Virus record (IMG/VR): IMGVR_UViG_3300046804_006785
Reading direction: 5' to 3' (one strand)
Source of the DNA: a virus
Length of the DNA stretch: 64,000 nucleotides
Position 1 is the stretch's first letter; the number at the start of each line of letters is the position of its first letter. This document shows positions 28,053 to 38,615 of the stretch, one piece after another. Both the position numbers and the translations under genes were made by a program. The notes under the pieces are model-generated. The model did no database searches. It had not been told where the DNA came from and worked only from the letters and a program-made list of their open reading frames with translations.

Positions 28053-28730
28053 ATGACACAAACACAATTAGAACCACAACAAACTGACTTAGAAGATTCT
28101 GTTTTTATTCCCAGTTTTTCCATTAAAAAACTTGGTAAAGTGCTGTTAGGTGATCACAACAATCTACCAGATACACCAGGTATTTATTTTGCAATTGATT
28201 CGGCTAATCGTGTCTGGTATGTTGGCATCTCCACATCTAGCCTAAGACAACGCCACGCTAAACACGAAAAGCTAGAAGATTTTAAAACCAGCAAAGTACA
28301 GCATATAGCCTATTTTGTATGGAATGATGAACAGGATCTACATGAGTGGGAACTAGGATACATTCAAAAGTTTGATCCGCCACTAAATATGAACCACACC
28401 AAGAAAGATTTACCACAAATTGATCTAGGCTATAGTGAGGAGCATTTCATTAGCAGATACAGGGAAATTAAGGAACAGTTAGCACTATTAGAACAGGAAA
28501 TGGAAGAGTTAAAACCAAATCTGGTTACTCTCTTAGAAGCTAACGGTGGTAAACTTGCAGATAAGGTTTTAGGGTTCACAGGGTACACTCAAAGTAGAAA
28601 GTCGTGGCAGTATTCACCTGACCTTGAAGCTAGGAAAGAAGCTATTAAGCAGTTACAAAAACAGGAAGAAGAGTCAGGTATAGCAACTGTAAGATCAATC
28701 ACTACTTACCCTGTTTTTAGATTTAGATAA
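28053..28730 (+). CDS. GIY-YIG nuclease with C-terminal coiled coil
   Basis: LPDTPGIYF...WYVGISTSSLRQRH...E..YIQKFDPPLN. Confidence 0.85.
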   Translation: MTQTQLEPQQTDLEDSVFIPSFSIKKLGKVLLGDHNNLPDTPGIYFAIDSANRVWYVGISTSSLRQRHAKHEKLEDFKTSKVQHIAYFVWNDEQDLHEWELGYIQKFDPPLNMNHTKKDLPQIDLGYSEEHFISRYREIKEQLALLEQEMEELKPNLVTLLEANGGKLADKVLGFTGYTQSRKSWQYSPDLEARKEAIKQLQKQEEESGIATVRSITTYPVFRFR

Positions 28731-28794
28731 TAAAAAATAAACCTGCTTAGTGTTTAAGCAGGTTTTCGCATAAAATCTTATAATGCAACATTAC

Positions 28795-29232
28795 TCAATC
28801 TAACAAATAATGATTAAAACCATGTTCTTTCACTCGCTGTACAAGCTTCAAAAGAGATTCTCTATGTTTACTACACATTGCATCAACTGATGCAGCCGTG
28901 CCGTACATCAAATAGGCATATTGCGCTTTTCTTTCTTCCAGGCTTGATGTTTCCCTATTAATACTGTTAAACCTTACTGCTAGGTATTCTTCTATGGTGT
29001 ATTGAGAAAACATAGTACACGCTATCATCCCGTCCCGTCTTATTTGTCCTCTGCTTTTTCTAGTGTAAACTGCGTCGTCTTCTTCATTTTGAAAAAAGCG
29101 AGATAACAATGATTCGTACTGTATAAATTGTTCTTCTGTAGGGATAAACAGATCAACTTCTGCTTTACTAGGTGAACTGTTTAAAAGTATTGACGCTGTT
29201 ATGGTCAAGGCAATAGTAGCTATATTTTTCAT
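28795..29232 (-). CDS. Secreted hypothetical protein (DUF732-like)
   Basis: Signal peptide MKNIATIALTITASILLNSSPSKA; G..AC...A....C pattern. Confidence 0.55.
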   Translation of the reverse strand: MKNIATIALTITASILLNSSPSKAEVDLFIPTEEQFIQYESLLSRFFQNEEDDAVYTRKSRGQIRRDGMIACTMFSQYTIEEYLAVRFNSINRETSSLEERKAQYAYLMYGTAASVDAMCSKHRESLLKLVQRVKEHGFNHYLLD

Positions 29233-29462
29233 GATGTGTCCTTTGTCTTGTACTGTTGGATAGTATCATAATCTCTAGTGTAGTGACAATTACTAATTAA
29301 ACTAGTTAATGACTAAAAATGATAAGTAGTTTTTATATGTATTTTATCAGGTTAATTAGCTGTTTTTTAGTTGGTACAGAAAATGTTTTATGGAATTTTG
29401 AAGGAGTACATATTATTGTGTGTTATATTAAATAAAATAATCAAAAAAAATTCTATATTAAA

Positions 29463-29651
29463 ATGCTAGAAATTGCTCATTTAACTAGAGTGCATAGACA
29501 GGAAACTCCTACAGAAGCTTTAGACCGTTTAGGCTGGTTTGAGCTAGAGTATAACCATGATTTAAAAGGAAAACATTTTGCATATAGGACTAAAGAATCT
29601 GTAATACCTGAAGAGTTAATATTATTAAATCCTGAAAATATCTACACTTAG
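29463..29651 (+). CDS. Small hypothetical protein
   Basis: 62-aa ATG ORF. Confidence 0.45.
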   Translation: MLEIAHLTRVHRQETPTEALDRLGWFELEYNHDLKGKHFAYRTKESVIPEELILLNPENIYT

Positions 29652-30033
29652 GATGATAATTACCCTAAATGGTTGCCTTTTTATATTCCTGTAGACTGCA
29701 AGGATTTAGAAAGTATAGAATTAGATTTCCCAGGTATTGTTATATATAAAAACCATGACTGTTCATTTAAGTATTCTATAGGAGTTAGAACAGACTTCTA
29801 TAGTTCTGATTTTATGATAATATGTATTGGAATTCTCCTCTATATATCAGCAATACCTAACATTATAATTCTTGCTTTAGCGAGTAGAATTATTAGGATT
29901 ATCTGGCTATTAGCAAGGTGCCAAATATTACAGAAAAAACCGCTTTTATACTGGAACTCACTAGAGGATTGTACAATTAGTGATTTCTTATTTAGTATTT
30001 TTAGCTAATTATGGAAAGCTTAGATATTTACTA

Positions 30034-30246
30034 ATGTTAAAAACACCGCAAAAACTATTTTTTTTAGAATCAATTTGTTGGCAGACAGAGAATGTCTATC
30101 GGTTCACTCCAGAAGAAATGTTAAGTCGCTATGAACGCGGTTGGAGATACCGCAATCTATTTAATAATCTTGATGGTGAAGAACTAGCTTTTTTAAAAAC
30201 CCTTGCTATACAGTATAAATCTTGGTTATCCTGTGACCTTGTTTAA
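30034..30246 (+). CDS. Small protein resembling cyanobacterial partners of AbiEii-type nucleotidyltransferase toxins
   Basis: LESICWQ...FTPEEMLSRYERGWRY...EELAFLKTLA.QYKSWL; family recognised from memory; true start probably ATG 30034. Confidence 0.5.
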   Translation: MLKTPQKLFFLESICWQTENVYRFTPEEMLSRYERGWRYRNLFNNLDGEELAFLKTLAIQYKSWLSCDLV

Positions 30247-30282
30247 ATGACAAGCTGACTGTTAATATTTAGCCAAATAATT

Positions 30283-30405
30283 ATGAAAACTCTAAAAGAC
30301 AAGATTGCGGAGCTTCCCATAGAAGATCAAATTAAGATACACAACCGCGCTGCAAGATTGATTGAGATGGAATTACGACGTGCTTTAAAGTTTAGAAAAT
30401 TATGA
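30283..30405 (+). pseudogene. Truncated XRE antitoxin-like N-terminus (40 aa)
   Basis: MKTLKDKIAELPIEDQIKIHNRAARLIEMELRR resembles XRE antitoxin leaders but stops before any HTH. Confidence 0.4.
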
Positions 30406-30533
30406 CGTATTAACCAATAAGTTACTATTTTATCATCTGTAAAATGTATTATTGACTTGTGACAATAAACCGATTATACTATGCTATGCTAGTTAAAACA
30501 GTTTAATTAAGGATAGAACAAGGATACAAAGAC

Positions 30534-31811
30534 ATGAATATACCTTTGAAAGTAACAGACATTATTGGTACAAAAGATAGAGTAGTGAAAGCTAATGAAG
30601 ACTTAGCAAAATTGACATGGAAACCTGAAATCATACAAACTAAAGACGGTCGTATTCTCAAATTTAGATATAAAAGTTTTTCAACATTTGTAGAAAATGG
30701 TGGTAAAACAACGACAGAAATTAGGTTAAGTGCAAAACAGCTACTTTGCCTTCTTGGAGGCACATCCGACTACCAGACCTGGAATTTACCGCTTGAGTCA
30801 AATGTAAGAAGGCCGTCAGAAAATAATGTAGTAAAAAGCATAATTAATAATCTGAAAAACACTAGCACAGAATATACGTTCCCAACACCTATCTATATGT
30901 CATGCACAAATGTATGGCAAGAAGGTACTTACTTATGTATTTTATTAACAGATAGAGAAGGAATTCCTGATGGAATATTAGATGGTGGTCATAGAATACT
31001 TGGTATAAAATTAGCTGATGAGAGAGACGTAGACTTATCTAATGTCTATATCTGTTTGCGTATTTTTACAGGATTTTCTAGTCAAGAAATAACGCAAACA
31101 GCAATAGCTTTAAATACTTCTAAGCACGTAAGACACACAAGTATAAATAATTATTTTAATCTTTACGAGCCTATAAAAATTCTACTGAAAGACCAAACCA
31201 TTTCTTTTTTTGAGGGAGATCCATCAGCACCAAAAGATGTTTATTGTAGTGTATCAAGAATAATATCGTTACTTAAATGCTTGGACACTGATTACCATCC
31301 GAGGAATCAATCCCAAGGGAGAAATGAGAAAAGGCATCCAATCACATCTTTATCTATTGTTGGAAACTTTGATAGACTACCGCCTTTTCTTGAGAAATAT
31401 AAGCACTTATTAAAACCTGCTGTTGATTTACAAAATGAGATAGCTTTGGAACTTGATAAGAGGTACGTTAAAGCGTGCCAATCAGGAGAAAATATACCTT
31501 ATGTGACTAGCCCTAGAAACAAAAAATATACTCAGATACCTTCTGGAGCTACTTTAAGTTGTAAGCTACCTGCTGCAATTTATATATTTCCCATAGTATC
31601 CGCCTTTAAAGTTTTTCTGGATAAAGAAAACAAATGGACAATTAATTTTGAAAAATTACACAAGAGGATCGTACGTAAGTTAGTAACTAAGATGATTGAA
31701 ATACTTAGACACAGTAAATATCAAGGGCTTGCAGAAAATACTAACGTAAGAAATCCTAAAATTTGGGACATGGTTTGGGATGAAGCTACTAAAATGTATA
31801 ACCTAATGTAA
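30534..31811 (+). CDS. AIPR-family protein
   Basis: SNVRRP, GILDGGHR, IALNTSKHV; promoter TTGACT-17-TATACT at 30452-30480. Confidence 0.75.
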   Translation: MNIPLKVTDIIGTKDRVVKANEDLAKLTWKPEIIQTKDGRILKFRYKSFSTFVENGGKTTTEIRLSAKQLLCLLGGTSDYQTWNLPLESNVRRPSENNVVKSIINNLKNTSTEYTFPTPIYMSCTNVWQEGTYLCILLTDREGIPDGILDGGHRILGIKLADERDVDLSNVYICLRIFTGFSSQEITQTAIALNTSKHVRHTSINNYFNLYEPIKILLKDQTISFFEGDPSAPKDVYCSVSRIISLLKCLDTDYHPRNQSQGRNEKRHPITSLSIVGNFDRLPPFLEKYKHLLKPAVDLQNEIALELDKRYVKACQSGENIPYVTSPRNKKYTQIPSGATLSCKLPAAIYIFPIVSAFKVFLDKENKWTINFEKLHKRIVRKLVTKMIEILRHSKYQGLAENTNVRNPKIWDMVWDEATKMYNLM

Positions 31812-31971
31812 GAAACCTTTAAAAGCATAATAATCAATGTAATCCCGCTTAAATACCTAAGCGGGTTTTTTGTCATCTTAAAAAAGTTTACTAAAAATTA
31901 CAAAATTTTTTTATTCATACACAGTAAGGGTTTCGAGATTTACCCACATCACGCAAACCCGCATTACAGAG

Positions 31972-31992
31972 TTTTCCACAGGTTTTTCCACA
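31972..31992 (+). promoter_or_regulatory. Tandem DnaA boxes upstream of the replicase
   Basis: TTTTCCACA at 31972-31980 and 31984-31992 match TTWTNCACA. Confidence 0.6.
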
Positions 31993-32205
31993 GGCTTAAA
32001 ATATTTGGCTGTGATACCTTGGAAAAACCCCATTAAGGTGCAACAGCCATGAAACACTGGATTTATAAGTATTTAATTATACTATTTTACAATCTGTCTT
32101 ACGCTATTTTACAAAAATATAAAAAAAATACCACCCATTTCTCGCTAATGGATGGTAGAATATGTTTAGAAAAAATTAGTGTATTATCAATGAGGATATT
32201 ATAAC

Positions 32206-35200
32206 ATGAATATTTTAAATAAAACAACTGAAAATACAGAATTTTTAGAAAATATTGAACTAGTCCTCAGTTATTTTACAGGACTACCTATAGAAACATT
32301 TTTAAAGAAGTATAACTTCATGCTACGTACTGGTAGTGGTTACTCTGTCTTTAAGGATGGTAAGAAAGTCTTTAAAGAGGCGTATCATAACTATTACTAC
32401 CACGCTCCAGAAGGTAGACAGGACGTAAAGGATTATTACTTAGCTAAAGATTTGTCCGCTAGACAAAAAGCACAAGCTGAAGCGGAAAAGGAAGCTAAAG
32501 AATTTGGGAAGCCTTTAAAAAAAAATCCTATAGATAATGATAATCATATCTATGGCGAAGACCATCTATATCGGTGGCTACGGAATAAAAGACATGAGGG
32601 TTTATTTGTCTATTTCTTACCTAATAGTATTGATGCAGGCTGTACTGCTGATGAAATAGACAATTTTGGTGGTAAGTGCCGGGCAATGCGGATTGAAAAC
32701 GATGACCTCGCACCAGTAGCAATTAAATCTGAGTATTTTGCACAGTTAGGACTACCTGAACCATCTATAAAATTATTTTCCGGTGGTAAATCTCCACACT
32801 TCCTCTTTACCTTCCTTTCAGATGTAGATGGTGAATTACCTGGTTTTGAATGGGAACGGGTAGCAGAAATTAACGCCCAACTGTTACGGAACTCAGGTCA
32901 TGACGGCTATGAAAAAACTATTGATAATCTCATTAAAGATGCTAAAACTCTATTAATACGCTTACCTGGTTTTGAGCATCAGAAAACCCGTAAAGAATCT
33001 AAGATTTTAGAGATTAGCAACATTTGGGATATCAACGAATTAGAGGCAGAAGTCAACAAACTTCCAAAACTAGGTAACTACAAATTACAAACAAAAGACT
33101 TCACACCGGACACCTATCCCGGTGGCGTTCAAGCTTTTGAAACTATCCTTTCCTCTGAGTGGAAACAACGCTTTCACCCATACGAATCCTATGCTGACTA
33201 CAAAGCCAGACTAGCTGCTAAGGCAGAAGAGGATAAGGCCAGAATCGAAGCTAACAAGGCAGAACGTGAAAAGCAATTACAAGGCTTGTCACCAAAAGAA
33301 ATCAAACGTCGTGCAGAATCAATCAAAGGTGAGATTGTTTCCTTACTACAGTTTGTAGATTACGCTGTTAAGCAACACGTTGAAAATGGTACTCCCGACG
33401 GTACAGGTCGCTCTCACAAAGTGGCTAAGTACGTCGCTAAGTCTTTACTTGAGGCGCAATACTTGGTTAGTGGTTCACCATTACGCGCTAAAGAGTCAGC
33501 AGAAGAGTTATTTAGACAATGGGTAGATAAGACTTTTAACTCCAGTGAGAATGATTTAATCAAAAAGGTTTGGACTACTTTTACTAGTTTTGAGAAAGGT
33601 ACAAATGTACCCCATGCCCGCCATGTTGATAAGTTTGAATCCTATTTGACTTCCCGACAAGAGACTAAAATTGGTGAGGACGCGATCGCTCATCTCAAAC
33701 ACAACCGTACTATTACTAACTTGATTGAAGAGGCTGTACGTGGACTCAAACAAAAACCACAACAGCTTACTTTTGCAGATTTGCCTTTGCTCTATAGTGC
33801 ATCTGAGAACGGATGGAACAACACCATCACTTTCTTAATTGAAAATAAATCTATTTATATAACAACTTGTCCTACTCATGCTCTAGCTATACTGAATACG
33901 GGTATACCTGGTGTGTGCTATGTGAATAAGGAAACATCTGCTGTAAATCTGCATTTATTGGCAGAATACGCTTGTGAGAATGGATTTACTTTTAACTTTA
34001 CGCCTAACGCTCCAGGAACAGATAGAATGTTGGCAGAAAACTTACGCGCTGGGTATTATTCTCAAGTTGCGCGTAATTTACTAAGAAAAAATAATAAGGA
34101 TACCAAGATTAAAGACTACAAACCTACTGTAGTTGTGATTGATGAGAAAGGTATTGAATGGTCGGCTCATTATTACTGGGTACGTGTTCCACAAGTAATT
34201 ACCCCCAAGATGCTGGGTAATCGTAAGAATAAAGAAGCTTTATTATATGGTCACGCTGCTAATCGTAAATGGTTTAGTGATGTTGTCAAAGAATGTGAAT
34301 CAACAGCTAAGAACCGCAAGCTAGTGGCGTTTGTGTCTGAAATGGGTACTGGTAAAACTGAGGTTTTAGCTAACCAGGTAAAAGCTTGGACTGAAGGTAA
34401 AGGTCAATTATTGGCCATTGCTCACCGTGAGCAATTAACCCGACAAGCGGCTAAACGGTTAAATATTGTTGACTACAAAGCACCACATTATAAGAGTGCT
34501 TCTGAGAAATATGAAGCGGCTAAAAAACAAGGTTTAGCTATCACTATCAATACTCTGTGTCAAGGTACGAATGAACAGGGTTATTTACCTGACTTTAAAA
34601 TTGACGATTGGAAAGACGCAACACTAGTCATTGATGAAACAGAGTCTTTTGTAAAATACTTAATTGAATCAGGCACTATTGCAGAAAATAGACAAAAGGC
34701 TATTACTGCTTTAAAAGCATTGGTAGTTGCTATCTATAAAGCAGGTGGCAGAATTATATTAGCTGATGCCAATTTAAGAGTATCAACTATTAATATGTTT
34801 CAGCGTTGGTGCAGTGGTGATGATTATGATGCAGAAGCAACCAAGGCCAAATACAACTGCTATGTGATCCTTAACTCTTATTGCAAGTTTAAAGAGGAAG
34901 GTCGCAAAGCAATATTTACTGATGCCCGCGATGGATTGAACAGCGAAGTTAACCGTCGTTTAGCAGCTAAAGACAGCACACATAAGGCTTTGTTTTTTGC
35001 TGACGTTAAACAATCATCTTCTAAGTATTATTGGGCAACTCAAGGTTTTGGTAATTATCTCCGTGACCTAAAATTAGGACGGATTTTAGATGCTGATACC
35101 CGTCAATTTAGCGATGACCCAGATCATCATATTGTAGATAATCTTCATGCCGTCATTAGTGCGTGCTGTAAAGGTGTGATATTTGTATCTCCAGTAATTG

Positions 35201-36636
35201 ATTCTGGTACTGACTGGAATAATTTAGGTCTTGACTGTGTATACGGTGTATACATGGGTATCATGGGTATAGATAACACACTACAACAATTAGAACGGGT
35301 TCGGGATAATGTAGTTCGTTTTATTTGGGCTGCACGTCGGTCATCTATGGGCATGACTAAAGGTGATATTACCAATATTGAAAAGAACTTTGAGGAAGTA
35401 AGACGCAGTTATGATGGCTCTAAGGCTGCATTAATGCAGACTTGGGCTGATATGAAAGTATTACAGCATAGTGAAATTGAGGCTCGTATAGCTGCACAGT
35501 TCCCAGATTTAGATAAGAATATTCTAGCTTGGTGGCAAGATTCTTTAGAGGAAAGTTTCTATGCGGCTCAAGAGTTCCGTATTAATTTAAAAGCACGGAT
35601 GCAAGAAAAAGGCTACACAATTGAGCATCAAGACTTTGAATCAGATGCAGAGTTTATTGCTACTTTGCAAGAATATGGTGAAGCGCAAAAAGAAAAGAAA
35701 CTTGTAGAAATTGCTAATGCCGATCTAGCCTTATTGGATTCTATTGAAAAGAATCAAGATACCATGCCTAAAGATACCGCACGGGCTAAAGATTTGAAAG
35801 GTATTCTTTATTCCTTGGGTGTGAAAGTAGAAGGTGGGTACGGTTGGTGCAATGGGTACAATGAAGATGAAAAACTGGAGTTAGTCCGCAGGACATTGGG
35901 CAAACGTTCTAAGACACGCCGGAAGTTAGTTTATGGCTTTAGCTTCCGATGTGCGATGACTAATGGCCAAGAGGATATTGCCAAAATTATCTATATGGCT
36001 GAAGAGTTCCGCAACATGATCAACTCTTCTAGTAGGTCAATCAAAGATACTCCTATGAGTATGAAAGCTGGTATTGATTTTATGATCAATACTATGGATA
36101 TCAAAGGGCTTGCTTCTGTATTACTTCAGGAAGCTAGTAAGCGCGGAAAATTGGATAATGGTAGACCTGTAATGTTTTTCCACAACCGGATGCCAATTAT
36201 TATTAAGACTAATAAGGTATTGGTAGAAAACCGCGCCTATGTCAAAAAAACCTTTGGGTTTGATGTAGATGTCCGTCCAGATATGGCAGCTACAAACATT
36301 TCCAAGTTCTTTACTTGCATTGGTTGGAACGTTGAGAAAGGTAGAAATCGTGAGGCTGGTGCAGGTAAAGCAGCTAACGGTAATGCACCTCTCAATAACT
36401 ACACCATCACTGAGGATCAATTAACGCTCAGAGTTTGGACTGGCTGGGTAGCACAATATGAGAATAGAGATGAGGGAATGTTCAGCTACTTCTATAATCC
36501 TAGTGGCGATGAAGGTGGCGATGCCCTATGGAAGGCTCATCTAGGAATTGCTACCGAAACCACAGATAAACAGGTCAGCAAACCAGTCTTTCAACAACTA
36601 CAACAGCACAGGCAACTGGCGTTCCTAACAGTCTAA
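32206..36636 (+). CDS. Replication protein: RepB-like primase fused to SF2 origin-binding helicase (CyRepA1-like)
   Basis: Primase motifs IENDD, FSGGKSPHF, RLPGF; helicase motifs SEMGTGKT, IAHREQL, LVIDETES, ADANL, SPVIDSG, QQLERVR. Confidence 0.8.
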   Translation: MNILNKTTENTEFLENIELVLSYFTGLPIETFLKKYNFMLRTGSGYSVFKDGKKVFKEAYHNYYYHAPEGRQDVKDYYLAKDLSARQKAQAEAEKEAKEFGKPLKKNPIDNDNHIYGEDHLYRWLRNKRHEGLFVYFLPNSIDAGCTADEIDNFGGKCRAMRIENDDLAPVAIKSEYFAQLGLPEPSIKLFSGGKSPHFLFTFLSDVDGELPGFEWERVAEINAQLLRNSGHDGYEKTIDNLIKDAKTLLIRLPGFEHQKTRKESKILEISNIWDINELEAEVNKLPKLGNYKLQTKDFTPDTYPGGVQAFETILSSEWKQRFHPYESYADYKARLAAKAEEDKARIEANKAEREKQLQGLSPKEIKRRAESIKGEIVSLLQFVDYAVKQHVENGTPDGTGRSHKVAKYVAKSLLEAQYLVSGSPLRAKESAEELFRQWVDKTFNSSENDLIKKVWTTFTSFEKGTNVPHARHVDKFESYLTSRQETKIGEDAIAHLKHNRTITNLIEEAVRGLKQKPQQLTFADLPLLYSASENGWNNTITFLIENKSIYITTCPTHALAILNTGIPGVCYVNKETSAVNLHLLAEYACENGFTFNFTPNAPGTDRMLAENLRAGYYSQVARNLLRKNNKDTKIKDYKPTVVVIDEKGIEWSAHYYWVRVPQVITPKMLGNRKNKEALLYGHAANRKWFSDVVKECESTAKNRKLVAFVSEMGTGKTEVLANQVKAWTEGKGQLLAIAHREQLTRQAAKRLNIVDYKAPHYKSASEKYEAAKKQGLAITINTLCQGTNEQGYLPDFKIDDWKDATLVIDETESFVKYLIESGTIAENRQKAITALKALVVAIYKAGGRIILADANLRVSTINMFQRWCSGDDYDAEATKAKYNCYVILNSYCKFKEEGRKAIFTDARDGLNSEVNRRLAAKDSTHKALFFADVKQSSSKYYWATQGFGNYLRDLKLGRILDADTRQFSDDPDHHIVDNLHAVISACCKGVIFVSPVIDSGTDWNNLGLDCVYGVYMGIMGIDNTLQQLERVRDNVVRFIWAARRSSMGMTKGDITNIEKNFEEVRRSYDGSKAALMQTWADMKVLQHSEIEARIAAQFPDLDKNILAWWQDSLEESFYAAQEFRINLKARMQEKGYTIEHQDFESDAEFIATLQEYGEAQKEKKLVEIANADLALLDSIEKNQDTMPKDTARAKDLKGILYSLGVKVEGGYGWCNGYNEDEKLELVRRTLGKRSKTRRKLVYGFSFRCAMTNGQEDIAKIIYMAEEFRNMINSSSRSIKDTPMSMKAGIDFMINTMDIKGLASVLLQEASKRGKLDNGRPVMFFHNRMPIIIKTNKVLVENRAYVKKTFGFDVDVRPDMAATNISKFFTCIGWNVEKGRNREAGAGKAANGNAPLNNYTITEDQLTLRVWTGWVAQYENRDEGMFSYFYNPSGDEGGDALWKAHLGIATETTDKQVSKPVFQQLQQHRQLAFLTV

Positions 36637-36948
36637 AATCAATAAAACAATCTAGACTACCAACCGGGCATCAAACCCCGGTTATAACCGTTTGTAGGTA
36701 TTTTGTAAATTTTGGGTAATTTGGGAACAATTTTGTCTATTTTGTGTAAATTTGCTACTATTTTGATTAATACGCTTATATAGCTTAATATATAAATGTA
36801 ACATAACTAATAATGCTTATGTAGTTTAGTGGTTAGATCGTTGATTTGGGTAGTTTGGAATGGTGAGCGATCGCTCCTAAGATGAAATCTTAGCTATTTA
36901 CTAGAATCTTTTAAAACTTGAAAGCCTTATATATCAATACTTTTAAAG

Positions 36949-36997
36949 GTGATCCAAAGTTCGTAAAATTCTATATCTATTACGAATATTGGATCAC
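36949..36997. repeat. Imperfect inverted repeat in AT-rich region downstream of rep (origin candidate)
   Basis: GTGATCCAAAGTTCGTAA ... TTACGAATATTGGATCAC. Confidence 0.55.
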
Positions 36998-37115
36998 TCT
37001 GAAATCTTTACATAGCAACAGGCCTGATTTTATGAGTCCTGGAGGCAAAGTTGTAAATAGACCTATGAATGTTTGTCTTTACGTACAAGTATAAAAAATA
37101 TTTTTAAATTAAGTA

Positions 37116-37144
37116 TTGACTTATTTTTCTATATACCCTAATAT
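37116..37144 (+). promoter_or_regulatory. Sigma70 promoter, family B (about 55-bp block repeated at about 38534-38587)
   Basis: TTTTAAATTAAGTATTGACTTATTTYTCTATATACCCTAATA present twice. Confidence 0.75.
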
Positions 37145-37175
37145 AGAAATATAGAAGAACAGGAGAATAAAACAA

Positions 37176-37799
37176 ATGACAGCTACACTTTCTTTCAAAA
37201 TCCGTACAATCAAAAACCAGATCGCTGCTTGTTTACGGGAAATTGCTAGAGGTGTTAAGTCATTTATTGATCGCCTGGTTGTTTTAGAAAGCAAACTAGA
37301 TGACTTAGAAAAGGCAAAACAAGTGGAAAAATACATTGAATTGTCCACCTACAGAAGCGCGGGCGTAAATGCCTATTTAGTGGAAGAGGGAAAAGACCAT
37401 ACACACAATATGTATGGAACTCCTATTGATGAAGAAAACCAGCAACGCGCTTACAGATCAAAATCTCACACTGTTAAGGTAAGAATAGATAATTTATCCG
37501 ATGGTATCTACCGCTTTGTAGAAGCAGGTGGTAGTACAGGTAAAAAAGTTGTGAAAGGTTGGTTAAAAATTGTCGGTGGTGAAATCATTGAAGAGTCGGA
37601 TAATCTTGCTTCTTTGATTGTTGGTAATGCTGCAGCAAACCTTCCAGAATTAGAAGGCAGTCAAAAGCAAATAGCCTGGGCTGTTCAAATCCGTGAAAAA
37701 GCTATTGCTAAATTCAAAAAATTAGGCAACGACGTTCCTAATGTTTTGAATCAGACTACTGATGCTAAATGGTTTATTGAAAATAGAAGTTCTTTATAA
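37176..37799 (+). CDS. Hypothetical early protein
   Basis: AGGAG RBS; N-terminus shared with 5510..6022; C-terminal LEGSQKQIAWA..IR motif. Confidence 0.75.
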   Translation: MTATLSFKIRTIKNQIAACLREIARGVKSFIDRLVVLESKLDDLEKAKQVEKYIELSTYRSAGVNAYLVEEGKDHTHNMYGTPIDEENQQRAYRSKSHTVKVRIDNLSDGIYRFVEAGGSTGKKVVKGWLKIVGGEIIEESDNLASLIVGNAAANLPELEGSQKQIAWAVQIREKAIAKFKKLGNDVPNVLNQTTDAKWFIENRSSL

Positions 37800-37987
37800 T
37801 GCTACAGCACAACTATGACCGTGACGGCTATCACAGATTAATTAGCCATCTCACAAATCAAAAAATAGAAACTACAGCAGACATCAGAAAACTTTCTTGC
37901 CTTCCTGATGAACTAAGAAAGTCCGATTTACGCAGACTTGAAGATTTAAGCGCAATTGTACAATTTTTGGAAGAACACAATGGTTAG
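37799..37987 (+). CDS. Small hypothetical protein
   Basis: TAATG-coupled 62-aa ORF. Confidence 0.6.
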   Translation: MLQHNYDRDGYHRLISHLTNQKIETTADIRKLSCLPDELRKSDLRRLEDLSAIVQFLEEHNG

Positions 37988-38495
37988 CTACAAAACCGAA
38001 GTATATACAGCTACTAAAGCATATACATCGCATCGTAACTTATCAGCAAACGAGTTAGTAGGGATTGACGATGCAAACTATGACAATATACCCAATGTTT
38101 TAAAAACAGAACTGGGAACAATTGATATTTCCAATCAACGCGACGGTTTCATTCCTAGTCTGGAAGCCTATGAAAACCCTGGTGATCTATGGTCACATAG
38201 CAAAAGAACTGATTGGTACACTCACATACTGACAGGCGTTAAAGTAAAAAAAGACGTAGTTAAGTCTCCAGATTACGATAAACCTGACGGTAATGGTAGC
38301 TGCACCACAATTTTAATTGTTAAAATTCCATTACCAGATGGACGTGGGAAGAATCCAAACAGCCACAACAACAGGGTTTCTTTAGGGTTGTCAAAGGATA
38401 TTAAACTCACTGAAGACCAGTGGAAAGTCGTGGAACGCTTAGGACACGGCAAAGGATACTCTGAGGGTATCCGTAACCTGTTGAAAAATGTATAA
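37980..38495 (+). CDS. Hypothetical protein with C-terminal ribbon-helix-helix-like DNA-binding motif
   Basis: KDIKLTEDQWKVVERLG.GKGYSEGIRNLL; start probably ATG 37980. Confidence 0.55.
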   Translation: MVSYKTEVYTATKAYTSHRNLSANELVGIDDANYDNIPNVLKTELGTIDISNQRDGFIPSLEAYENPGDLWSHSKRTDWYTHILTGVKVKKDVVKSPDYDKPDGNGSCTTILIVKIPLPDGRGKNPNSHNNRVSLGLSKDIKLTEDQWKVVERLGHGKGYSEGIRNLLKNV

Positions 38496-38615
38496 CTATA
38501 AACAGCTAGTAAAATTAGTTACTAGCTTTTTTATTTTAAATTAAGTATTGACTTATTTCTCTATATACCCTAATAGAGAAATATAGAGAATAAACAAAAC
38601 AACAGGTGAGACGAC

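Noticed and set aside
29673-30008. 111-aa TTG-start ORF
   Set aside because: No convincing RBS or motif, and it overlaps the extended frame of the next ORF; cannot be supported
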